DNA from: an uncultured Dehalococcoidales bacterium
GTDB lineage: Bacteria; Chloroflexota; Dehalococcoidia; GIF9; AB-539-J10
Reading direction: 5' to 3'
Length of the DNA: 64,000 nucleotides
NCBI GenBank assembly: GCA_964394145.1
Contig: CAYMVL010000034.1
Location: 58,660 to 122,659, forward strand
The notes beneath the pieces were generated by a model. That model worked only from the letters and a program-made list of their open reading frames with translations, was not told the DNA's origin and did no database searches. Both the position numbers and the translations under genes were made by a program. The stretch's first letter is position 1; each line of letters opens with the position of its first letter. Positions 9,230-18,492 of the stretch are shown in pieces.

Positions 9230-10477
9230 TTGAGCAAGGACAGGCTTTTGCCCTCAAAAGGGGAGAAGCAGCCCCGTGTTTTCTATGGCTATTTTATCCT
9301 CCTGGCTTCTTTTGTTATCTTGATGGTAGTGTGGGGAGCCCACTTCAGTTTTGGAGTGTTTTTCAAGCCTGTATTGAGCGAATTCGGCTGGACAAGGGCT
9401 GCGACCTCAGGTGTCTACTCGCTGACTCTTTTTCTCATTGGTCTATATGGCATCTTTTTTGGCAGGCTAAGCGATAGATTCGGACCCAGATTAGTGGCTA
9501 CAGTCTGTGGCTTACTGATGGGCATCGGATACTTGCTTATGTCGCGGATTTGGCAAATCTGGCAGATGTATTTAATCTACGGTCTATTAATCAGTGTTGG
9601 AGTAGCAGGCACGTGGGTTCCGCTGCTATCCACTGTGACGAGATGGTTTGTCAAGAGAAGGGGGCTGGCAAGCGGTATTACTATGGCGGGGATAGGGGTT
9701 GGTGCTGCGATCATGCCACCGCTGGCAAACCAGCTGATCTCGAGCTACAGTTGGCGGACCTCTTATGTGATTATTGGACTAATCATTCTGGCACTGAGCG
9801 TCGTGCCTGCACAATTTCTGAGGCGTGACCCGAGTGAGAAAGGACTGCTGGCCTATGGAGCCGATTCAGTAAGCACGGCTAGCTCTGGCTCGGGAGTCCA
9901 GGGGTCTTCTCTTCGCGAAGCTCTTCGTGTTAGGCAATTCTGGATAATTCTTGTAATGTGCCTACTGGGCGGTATAGGAGTACATACTGTAATGGTACAT
10001 ATCGTTCCACATGCTACTGACATAGGAGTCGTGGCAACAGATGCTGCCACTATTCTATCCGTTGTGGGCATTATGAGCATTGGCACAAAAATTGGAACTG
10101 GCGGCATTGCAGACAAGTCTGGAAGCAGGCGGGTCATGATTATTGCATTCGTTCTGATGTCAGTGTCTTTCGTGGTGCTTCTCTTTGCCAGAGAGCTACC
10201 GGCGCTGTATCTAGCTGCAGCTATCTTTGCTGGCGCTTATGGAGGTTTTATTACGGCGCAGTCACCTATTGTAGCCGAGTTTTTTGGCCTGAGAGCCCAC
10301 GGGGAGGTGTTCGGGATGGCTGTATTTGCCTTTCTAATTGGAGGTGCTACTGGCTCCCTTGCATCCGGTCGCATATTTGATGTCAGCGGCAGTTACTACT
10401 GGGCGTTTGTAGTCTGTGCCTCGCTGGGCGTAGCAGGTCTGGCCCTGTCACTATCACTAAAGAGTCGCCGTAAGTAA
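9230..10477 (+). CDS. MFS transporter (oxalate/formate antiporter-like family)
   Basis: 415 aa with about 12 predicted TM segments and MFS signature loops GRLSDRFGPR / ADKSGSRR. Confidence 0.8.
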   Translation: MSKDRLLPSKGEKQPRVFYGYFILLASFVILMVVWGAHFSFGVFFKPVLSEFGWTRAATSGVYSLTLFLIGLYGIFFGRLSDRFGPRLVATVCGLLMGIGYLLMSRIWQIWQMYLIYGLLISVGVAGTWVPLLSTVTRWFVKRRGLASGITMAGIGVGAAIMPPLANQLISSYSWRTSYVIIGLIILALSVVPAQFLRRDPSEKGLLAYGADSVSTASSGSGVQGSSLREALRVRQFWIILVMCLLGGIGVHTVMVHIVPHATDIGVVATDAATILSVVGIMSIGTKIGTGGIADKSGSRRVMIIAFVLMSVSFVVLLFARELPALYLAAAIFAGAYGGFITAQSPIVAEFFGLRAHGEVFGMAVFAFLIGGATGSLASGRIFDVSGSYYWAFVVCASLGVAGLALSLSLKSRRK

Positions 10478-10991
10478 CGATCGCTTGCTGCGGTTTCGCA
10501 GCTTTGGGGACAAGACCGCTAGGAGAGCTCGTCTGAGATAGGTGGGGGAGTTGGGTCGGGACGAGGTGAAAGACAGTTTCGAATACCATGAATGGGCATT
10601 ATGTTAATGTTGTCAATATCTGTACCGCGCGCAACTGTTTCCGACTTATATAACATCTGTAACCACGATCTTAGAATTGAATAAGCCACGTTCTTCAATC
10701 GACAGCGACCTCGGTCCTATCATGTAGATGCTATCGCGATATCTAGTATTTGCGAATTGTCCTTATAGTGGGACTATAGCTATGCTGAGTTCACCGATGA
10801 CCTCCGGAGTAAATCCTAAGGTGTAGCAGTGATGTCAGCCACTTTCATAACGCAACTCCTTTGTAGAATACAAATATAGTGATATCTCCTTGATGGCAAT
10901 AAGGAAGTTGTTCAGGCTGTTAACGCTCTATAAGTTGCTCTACCGGCAGTGAGAATAGGAGACAGTCGTTTCAAGCAATTCAATGTGGTAG

Positions 10992-11831
10992 CTACTTCTT
11001 GTCTCCAAGTATAGCTACCAGGAGGAGGCCAGGACCTGTATGTGTGCCAATTGCAGGAGTCATTTTCGACCGGTAGATTCGCTCCCTGGGAAATATAACG
11101 CCAAGTCGCTCTGCTAGTGCCTCCGCTTCGTCAGGGCAAGCAGTGTCTTCCACCGCCATTTCCTCGATGCTAGAGTAGCTCATAGCGAAGTTGTATAGAC
11201 GCCTTACCGCCGCTGCTCTGGAATGAGTTCTGCCCTCGGGTTCAACCACACCGTTCCTCAGGGCAATTAGGGGATTTATCTTGAGTACCGAACCCAAAAA
11301 AGTCTGGGCCTTACCGATGCGGCCACCTCTCCGAAGATACTCCAGGGTATCGAAGGTGCACAGGAGGTCCACGCGGGGCATCGTCCCTTGAGCTACCTCC
11401 ATAACCTCATTCAAGCTCGCGCCGGCCCGGGCTGCTTCAGCTGCCTTCATAACTATGAAGCCCTGTGCCATAGTAGCCCATCCGGAGTCAATCACTTCTA
11501 CTCTGCATTTCTTTTTCATAAGTCCAACGCTCCGCTTTGCTACCTCATAGGTGCCGCTAAGCTTGGAGGTAAGAGTTACGACAAGGATTTCATTCCCACC
11601 TTCAGCCAGATTATCATATGCCTCCGCAAAGGTTACGGGTGATGGTACTGAAGTGCCGGGAGGAATCCTGCTCCGCTTCAGCCTGTCATAGAACTGCTCA
11701 ACACTCATATCAATGCCGTCGCGGTAGACCTCTGTTCCGAAGCGAACAAGGATGGGAATTACCATTATCCCGAGCTCTTCGACCACGCCTCTTGGTAAAT
11801 CGGAGACACTGTCAGTTAAGACTTTGACCAT
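10992..11831 (-). CDS. DegV family fatty-acid-binding protein
   Basis: MVKVLTDSVSDLP... with EDD-fold DegV pattern. Paralogous to the 21027..21863 gene. Confidence 0.85.
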   Translation of the reverse strand: MVKVLTDSVSDLPRGVVEELGIMVIPILVRFGTEVYRDGIDMSVEQFYDRLKRSRIPPGTSVPSPVTFAEAYDNLAEGGNEILVVTLTSKLSGTYEVAKRSVGLMKKKCRVEVIDSGWATMAQGFIVMKAAEAARAGASLNEVMEVAQGTMPRVDLLCTFDTLEYLRRGGRIGKAQTFLGSVLKINPLIALRNGVVEPEGRTHSRAAAVRRLYNFAMSYSSIEEMAVEDTACPDEAEALAERLGVIFPRERIYRSKMTPAIGTHTGPGLLLVAILGDKK

Positions 11832-11879
11832 CTATATTCGCCAGTAGTTGCTTTAGGCTGTATTCTATACGGTTGTTAT

Positions 11880-12200
11880 GCTGATAACAATGCTCCAGGC
11901 TGCAAGAATCGCTGTAACATTGAATGATAGTAAGGGACTCAAAGCAGTGAGCAGCAGGAGGTTGGAGAAGGGGCTGATGCACCATTCAGACCGCGGCAAA
12001 GTCAGTACTGCAGTTATAAATATCAGGGCCTCTTAAGGCAGAGGGAAGCAATTGAAGACATAACAGAATATATTGAGATATTTCACAACTGGCAGCGGCG
12101 GCATGTTAAACTGGGATTCGCATCAACTATAGCCCTTGCAGATAAATATTGTGCAGGGCTGGTAGCAGCATGAACGGTTGCGTGTCCATTATTGACATCC
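11880..12200 (+). pseudogene. IS3-family transposase (OrfB / rve integrase core) remnant with frameshift
   Basis: Frame +1 reads ...RRLEKGLMHHSDRGKVSTAV... (IS3 LIHHSDRGSQYTS motif) then stops. Frame +3, about 90 nt downstream, reads IEIFHNWQRRHVKLGF (IS3 IExFYNxxRxHSxLGY motif). It is 5'-truncated at the degV gene. Confidence 0.5.
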
Positions 12201-12750
12201 GACCTCAGTTGCGGCTCACCGGCCAACCTGGTGATTTGCTGTGAGAGCCTGGAAGTAGAGCTCGGCATCATCTCTGCAAACTGATTATTCCTGATTTGAT
12301 TTGCGATTGGTTGGGGTCTGTGCGCAAGAATGAGTCCTTGCTGGTTTGACGACCGAAATTCAGTTCAAGGCGAAAGATGCGAGGCCCAAATGCCAGATGT
12401 CAGGATTTTGCGCAGGGAGTCTCTAAGCTATAGCCGATACGATTGCTTCTGTATCTACGTGAATGGGTAAGCTACTTTTGTGGATTGATGTGATGGTCAG
12501 CTGATGGTTGAAAAGCAAAACGCCCCGAGTAACCTCACTTTTCCAGATAACCCCTTCACTTTCGGTTCCGGCTTACCGCCCTCATGGCTGGGATCCCACG
12601 CACTCTCAGCCTTCGCCTACTTTGTGACCCGGCTTCCCATTTGCCAGATCAAAGCTCTGATTACTCGGGACTTCTAAAGGATACCATATTTCCAGTTTTC
12701 CTGTCAAGTTTTTTTGGTTGTTAATCTTGTACCTGATCCTACACTGAGTC

Positions 12751-13647
12751 TTATCCTTGTGGCACAACATAACCGATAAGTTTGTAAGCCAGTTTAGCCA
12801 GAAGGAAAGCACAGGACACGGGACCTTCTCCGGGGGAGAATTCCATTAAATCAAAACCCACTATCTGCTTGCAACGGGCTACTGATTTTATTATGTCCAA
12901 AAGCTCCTGATAGTCCATACCACCTGGTTCGGGAGTACCTACCGCAGACATAATGGAAGGGTCCAGAACATCTACATCGATGGTGATGTAGACCTCTTGA
13001 CCAAGCGAGCGAATTATCCGCTCAGCAGAGGACATGCCTGATCTCAAGCTGTCCATATAGAATGGCGTCATCTCATGCCGGGCCAAGAATTGCTTCTCCT
13101 CCAGGCTCAGGCTACGTATTCCCACCTGCGCAATGGGGCAGAGCTCAGAAATACGACGCATAACAGAGGCCTGCCCATACCTGGTGCCGAGATAGCTGTT
13201 GCGCAGGTCAGCGTGGGCATCAAACTGCAACACGGAAAGCCTGGGGAACTTCTGCTTAAAAGCCTTGACCGTTCCCAGAGAGAGTGAATGTTCCCCGCCT
13301 AGCATTACCACGAATTTGCCCTTCCCTAGCAAGTCTTCAGTGACTTCGTAAACCCTTTCAATCATGCCTTCAGGGTTAGTCATCAGGGGTTCGACCCGGG
13401 GTAGAGTATGAATGCCAACCTCGTGTATTTCGCGATTCAGTTCCAAGTCGTAGAGTTCGAGGTATTGGGAGGCATCAATAATGGCTTGCGGGCCGTCGCG
13501 AGTACCGCTCCGCCATTCGGTGGTCCCGTCATAAGGGACGGGCAGAATCACCACCCTGGCTCTTTCCAGGTCTGAGTAAGGCGGTGTCAGTCCAGCGAAG
13601 ACACGTGGTGGAAGGAATATCTCCCCTTCATTCCGCATGGCTGACAA
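12751..13647 (-). CDS. speB: Agmatinase / ureohydrolase family (SpeB)
   Basis: Arginase-fold metal ligands GGEHS, DAHADL, IDVDVLDPS. Confidence 0.85.
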   Translation of the reverse strand: MSAMRNEGEIFLPPRVFAGLTPPYSDLERARVVILPVPYDGTTEWRSGTRDGPQAIIDASQYLELYDLELNREIHEVGIHTLPRVEPLMTNPEGMIERVYEVTEDLLGKGKFVVMLGGEHSLSLGTVKAFKQKFPRLSVLQFDAHADLRNSYLGTRYGQASVMRRISELCPIAQVGIRSLSLEEKQFLARHEMTPFYMDSLRSGMSSAERIIRSLGQEVYITIDVDVLDPSIMSAVGTPEPGGMDYQELLDIIKSVARCKQIVGFDLMEFSPGEGPVSCAFLLAKLAYKLIGYVVPQG

Positions 13648-14026
13648 AGTTCAGAGGCCTGCTGGTGGCAGCTTCCATGAGTGGCCATTCCCTATCGATT
13701 AAGCAGGTCCGCGATTTAAATAGATGAAATCCTTGCTGAAAATCTGCGATCGCCTTATCGGTATCAAAATCCTTGCAGGAAAAAACATCTATATTTACGT
13801 AATTGCGCTCCACAAATGTATGAACAGCAATATGGCTTTCGGCAATAAAAACGAAGCCGGATATTCCCCAATCCTCAAGCTTTGCACCTAGGTATCTGAG
13901 AACATATGGCGGTGAGATTCTGGTCATGTTGATCCTGGAAGGGTAAACTTCCAGCCAGTTACGAAGATAATCTTCATTCTGCAGAATTTCTGGTTTACTG
14001 GAATAGCCATCAATAATGAGATGCAT
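13628..14026 (-). CDS. speH: Pyruvoyl-dependent decarboxylase, class 1 S-adenosylmethionine decarboxylase proenzyme family (SpeH-like; could be a neofunctionalised arginine decarboxylase)
   Basis: 132 aa. Autoprocessing site FIAESHIAVHTF. Overlaps speB by 20 nt. Confidence 0.75.
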   Translation of the reverse strand: MHLIIDGYSSKPEILQNEDYLRNWLEVYPSRINMTRISPPYVLRYLGAKLEDWGISGFVFIAESHIAVHTFVERNYVNIDVFSCKDFDTDKAIADFQQGFHLFKSRTCLIDREWPLMEAATSRPLNFVSHAE

Positions 14027-15246
14027 TAGACCTCCTCTAAAAGTGCTTTGCTTAACTCGAAAAGAGCGGCATAAACCGCCCTTTGCTTTATTCTCAAACG
14101 ATTTCCAAGAAAGGCATAGGACCTGGTTCGTTTCAGTTTATCACCATTCAGCCCGATAAACACGTCGGCAGAATTTTCGTCCGGATTAATGCTGCCACTA
14201 ACGGCCAGGCCGAGATCGGCCCTGAAATTCCTGCGCACTGCTTCAGCCATTGCCTGAGCTTCATCGTTGCTTCCTTTATCATAATACTCTGGGGCGTGAG
14301 CATCCAAGCCAAGAATTGTTTTGGCTTCGTCGCAGCAGGCCACCAGTCCACCTCTGAAATAAGAAGAACTCTCCGGGCTAGTGCAGATACAATCGCTTAG
14401 AAGGCCGCCAGTGCAGGATTCCATTGTGGCTAAGCTCAAATGTTTTGCTTCGAGCAAGCCTGCAACAACAGACTCGAGGGTATCGTTATCGACTCCCCAT
14501 ATGTAAGGACTGATTCTATTGCGACTTTCCGTCTCCCTCTGAGCGATTATCTCTTTTGCCTCTGCCTCCCCCTTTGCCTTAACCGTGATACGCAGGTGAA
14601 CACCATCTGGCTTGACATAAGTAGCAAGGGTAGGGTTGCACAGGTGGAGCAAGGGGGCCAATAGCTCATCCATCCGGGCTTCACTCAGTCCGAAGGTCTT
14701 AATGGTCCTGGACATAATAACGTCTCCAGTCAGCTTCTGTTGTAATTCAGGCAATATGTCCTCTACCCACATTGCTCGCATCTCGTCTTCTGGTCCGGGT
14801 AGAGCCACGACTATGTGATTGTCTTTCTCAAGCCACCAGCCGGGAGCTGTGCCCGCAAAATTGGGAATTGCGCGGGCGGAAGGTACGATAGCGGCCTGCC
14901 TTATATTGCATTCGGGCAATTGCCAATGATGCTGGATAAATAAGCTCTGCAAATCTCGCCACAATCTATCATCCACCTCTAGCTCCTCGTCAACTAACTC
15001 TGCAATGCACTCGCGGGTAATGTCATCCTGGGTGGGGCCTAATCCGCCTGTAGTTATGATGAGACTGGCTCTCCTCCATGCCCTCCTCAAGGTGCTGAGC
15101 AACCTCTTGTGGTTGTCGCCAACCACGGAGATAAAATATAGGTCGATTCCCAGCGCAGGCAACTGGCCAGCTAGGAAGCAAGAATTAGTATCAACTATGT
15201 TGCCCAAGAGGATTTCTGTGCCGACGGGGATTATCTCTGCCTTCAC
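14026..15246 (-). CDS. cinA: CinA family protein (competence/damage-inducible protein A; MoCF-binding N-domain plus C-terminal NMN deamidase domain)
   Basis: MKAEIIPVGTEIL.G.IvdTN cinA N-terminal signature. 406 aa. Confidence 0.85.
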   Translation of the reverse strand: MKAEIIPVGTEILLGNIVDTNSCFLAGQLPALGIDLYFISVVGDNHKRLLSTLRRAWRRASLIITTGGLGPTQDDITRECIAELVDEELEVDDRLWRDLQSLFIQHHWQLPECNIRQAAIVPSARAIPNFAGTAPGWWLEKDNHIVVALPGPEDEMRAMWVEDILPELQQKLTGDVIMSRTIKTFGLSEARMDELLAPLLHLCNPTLATYVKPDGVHLRITVKAKGEAEAKEIIAQRETESRNRISPYIWGVDNDTLESVVAGLLEAKHLSLATMESCTGGLLSDCICTSPESSSYFRGGLVACCDEAKTILGLDAHAPEYYDKGSNDEAQAMAEAVRRNFRADLGLAVSGSINPDENSADVFIGLNGDKLKRTRSYAFLGNRLRIKQRAVYAALFELSKALLEEV

Positions 15247-15255
15247 CTTGGATAT

Positions 15256-16551
15256 CTAGTGCTTGATTGCCGAGCGAGCTAAATATTTGTCCACTATCGC
15301 CATAGCACAATATTTACCGCACATACTACAAGTTGCCCCGGAACTGGGAATCTTGCCATGGACTTGCCGCGAGAAGTCGGGGTCTAAAGATAGCCGGGCC
15401 TGAGCTTCCCAATCAAGGGCTTTGCGAGCCCTGGACATTTCATCATCCCACTCTCTCGCACCTCTCACGCCTTTGACAATATCGCCGGCATGGGCGGCTA
15501 TGCGAGAGGCGATCACTCCTTCCTTTACATCCTGCTCATCGGGAAGCGAAAGATGCTCTGCCGGAGTAACATAGCACAGAAAGTCTGCGCCGGCTGCAGC
15601 GGCAATGGCACCACCGATAGCGCCGGTGATATGGTCATAGCCGGCACCTATATCGGTCACCAGAGGGCCCAGAACATAGAAAGGCGCGCTATGGCAAAGG
15701 CTCTTCTCCAACTGAACATTGGTAGCTACCTGGTCCAGAGGTAAGTGACCCGGGCCTTCTACCATGGCTTGGACTCCGGCTTCCCGGGCGCGCTGCACCA
15801 GCTCCCCCATGATTATTAGCTCTTCCACCTGAGCCCTGTCGGTAGCATCGGCCAGACAGCCCGGACGCAAGCTATCGCCTAGACTCAATGTGAAATCATA
15901 TTTTCGGGCTAAGTCCAACAGGCGGTCGTAATATTGATACAGAGGATTCTCGCCTTCGTTATGCAGCATCCAGCCAGTCAGAAAGGCGCCTCCACGGGAT
16001 ACTATGTCTGTTATCCTTCCCTGATTCTTCAGCCGTGCTATAGACGCCTGAGTTACTCCGCAATGAACCGTCATAAAATCAGCGCCATCCCTGGCTTGCT
16101 CCTCGATTACCTCGAAAATCTCATCGACCGCCATGTGCACGATAGCTCCATGCCTCTCGATAGCTTCGATGCCGGCCTGATAAGTGGGTACTGTTCCTAC
16201 AGGTAGGGGGCTGGAAGCAATGATAGCTCTCCTGATGCCTGAAATATCCCCACCCGTGCTCAGGTCCATCACTGTATCGCTGCCGGAATCAACGGCAACG
16301 TGCAATTTCCTCAACTCTGTATTCATATCCGAATAGTCAGGGGAAGTGCCTATGTTAGCATTGACTTTGGTTCTCAGTCCCTTGCCTATGCCGCAGGGTA
16401 TCAGGCTCGTATGGTTAGCATTGGCTGGAACGACAACCGTCCCGTCGACCAATCCCTGCAAAACAGAATCTATTTCCACTCCCTCCACATCAGCTACATG
16501 TTTGACCGGGGGTGAAGCAACGCCTTTCCTGGCTAGTTCTACCTGAGTCAT
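15256..16551 (-). CDS. thiC: Phosphomethylpyrimidine synthase ThiC
   Basis: 431 aa radical-SAM ThiC. C-terminal [10 protein letters not shown] cluster motif. Confidence 0.9.
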   Translation of the reverse strand: MTQVELARKGVASPPVKHVADVEGVEIDSVLQGLVDGTVVVPANANHTSLIPCGIGKGLRTKVNANIGTSPDYSDMNTELRKLHVAVDSGSDTVMDLSTGGDISGIRRAIIASSPLPVGTVPTYQAGIEAIERHGAIVHMAVDEIFEVIEEQARDGADFMTVHCGVTQASIARLKNQGRITDIVSRGGAFLTGWMLHNEGENPLYQYYDRLLDLARKYDFTLSLGDSLRPGCLADATDRAQVEELIIMGELVQRAREAGVQAMVEGPGHLPLDQVATNVQLEKSLCHSAPFYVLGPLVTDIGAGYDHITGAIGGAIAAAAGADFLCYVTPAEHLSLPDEQDVKEGVIASRIAAHAGDIVKGVRGAREWDDEMSRARKALDWEAQARLSLDPDFSRQVHGKIPSSGATCSMCGKYCAMAIVDKYLARSAIKH

Positions 16552-16800
16552 TCTGCTATAACCATCTCATTCCATTATTTTCTCTGGTGAAGTTGACTTA
16601 AGACATAACAGCGGTCTGCGTCAGCTTAGATAGTAAATCTAACACAACAGGATTGCTAACGCAAACTCGGACACATGGGATTTTTGGCAAGCTACTGGCC
16701 CTGAGCTTCTCGAAGGGCAACTCAATTTCATCACGACTGGATCTCATGGTTGGGCATGCTCACCACGAGCGGTTAACAAAGAGTCTATTTATGACATACT

Positions 16801-18489
16801 CTACATCTTCTCAGGAGCGGTCATGCCCATGAGATGAAGGACTCTGGCCAGGACAATCTGAGTTGCCCTGACCAGCTTCAATCGAGCTTTGCTCAGCTCT
16901 TCATCTTTGGAGACGACGCGGCATTGCTTGTAGAAGCTGTGGAAGACGGTGGCCAAATCCTGAGCATAGTAGGGCAGATGGTGAGGCTCCAGCATGGTGG
17001 CAACCTGCTCTATTATTTCGGGCAGAAGAATCAGACGCCGAATCAGGGTCAGCTCTGGCTCAGATGAGAGCAAAGAAACATCGCCGTTGCTATAATCTAT
17101 TCCCCGCTCTTGGGCAAAGTGAAGAATGCTGGCAATGCGGGCATGAGCGTACTGAACATAGTACACCGGATTGTCTGCCGATTGCTTCTTAGCTAGCTCT
17201 ATATCGAAATCCATCTGGGCATCGGCCGAGCGAGAAAGGAACGAGAAGCGGCAGGCATCTGAACCCACTTCGTCCAGTAGCTCCCGCAGTGTAACTATAT
17301 CGCCACTACGTTTGGATAGCTTCACTATTTCCTCTCCGCGCCTCAAGGTGACCAGCTGGCAGATGATTACTTTGAGTTGCTCAGGGTCCTGGCCGAGAGC
17401 TTTGATTACCGCTTTCATTCGCGGGACGTGGCCCTGATGGTCAGCGCCCCAGATATCAATGACCCAGTCGAATTTCCGTTCCACAAGCTTGTTGTAATGA
17501 TAGGCTATGTCGGAGGCAAAATAGGTAGGAGTACCATCGCCTCGCACAAGCACATTATCCTTATCCTCTCCCAAAGCGGTGGATTCAAACCAGGTGGCAT
17601 TCTCCTTCTGGACCACATAGCCATTGTTTTCCAGCAGTGATATTGCCTTGCGGTATTGCTCGCCTTGATACAGGCTCTTTTCACTAAACCATACATCGAA
17701 TTGAACGTTCAGCAGCTTCAGGTCTTCCTTGATTCCCTGTATCATCCTGGCGCATCCGACACGGCCCAACTCCGCGGTAGCTTCGTCCTGTGGCAGAGAT
17801 AGGTATCTATCGCCCTGCTCTTCAATGATTTGCCTGGCTAGGTCAATCATGTAATTACCCAGGTAGCCGCCGGAGGGCATTGCAGTTTCTTTGCCCTGGC
17901 CTTGCTGGTAACGAGCATAGAGAGATCGGCCAAAAATATCTATCTGATTGCCCATATCATTTATGTAGTATTCCTTTTCTACGGAGTAACCGGCGGCTGC
18001 AAGGACATTGGCCAGTGTGCTGCCCAGGACAGCACCGCGTCCATGACCTACATGGAGAGGTCCTGTGGGATTCACACTGACAAATTCAAGTTGGACTCGA
18101 CTACCCTCGCCAAGATCAATGTTACCGTACGATTCAGCAGCATCTAAAATCAGTCCCACCTGCGTGCTTAGCCAATCATTCCGGAAAATGAAGTTGATGA
18201 ATCCGGGTGGAGCAATTAGTGCCTTTTCAATTTCAGGCGGCGGTACTATCTGCTCAGATATCTTCTCTGCTATGGCCATGGGAGACATTCCCATGGAGTG
18301 GGCCAACTTCAAAGGGAGTCCTGAGGCAAAATCTCCATGCTCAGGATTCTGAGGGTGTTCAATAACAACTTCAGACAGAGATGCAGAGATAATTGTGCCC
18401 TGTTTTTGTGCTTCCAGCACCGCCTGTTCCAGACACTTCGCTAGTTTTTGTTTAATTGTGGGATTTCCTCGCCTGCTTCTCAATGACAT
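16801..18489 (-). CDS. argS: Arginine--tRNA ligase
   Basis: Class I HIGH motif [12 protein letters not shown]. 562 aa. Confidence 0.9.
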   Translation of the reverse strand: MSLRSRRGNPTIKQKLAKCLEQAVLEAQKQGTIISASLSEVVIEHPQNPEHGDFASGLPLKLAHSMGMSPMAIAEKISEQIVPPPEIEKALIAPPGFINFIFRNDWLSTQVGLILDAAESYGNIDLGEGSRVQLEFVSVNPTGPLHVGHGRGAVLGSTLANVLAAAGYSVEKEYYINDMGNQIDIFGRSLYARYQQGQGKETAMPSGGYLGNYMIDLARQIIEEQGDRYLSLPQDEATAELGRVGCARMIQGIKEDLKLLNVQFDVWFSEKSLYQGEQYRKAISLLENNGYVVQKENATWFESTALGEDKDNVLVRGDGTPTYFASDIAYHYNKLVERKFDWVIDIWGADHQGHVPRMKAVIKALGQDPEQLKVIICQLVTLRRGEEIVKLSKRSGDIVTLRELLDEVGSDACRFSFLSRSADAQMDFDIELAKKQSADNPVYYVQYAHARIASILHFAQERGIDYSNGDVSLLSSEPELTLIRRLILLPEIIEQVATMLEPHHLPYYAQDLATVFHSFYKQCRVVSKDEELSKARLKLVRATQIVLARVLHLMGMTAPEKM

Positions 18490-18492
18490 TTT

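Noticed and set aside
12083-12271. 62-aa minus-strand ORF
   Set aside because: It lies antisense to the IS3-remnant reading frames. It is a shadow ORF.
16552-16800. Expected TPP (THI-box) riboswitch in the thiC 5' leader
   Set aside because: I read the reverse complement of the 250-nt leader. I could not find the conserved CUGAGA ... ACCUGAUCUGGAUAAUGCCAGCG core. Only a weak GCTGACG resemblance is present. It is not supported, so it needs an Infernal scan.
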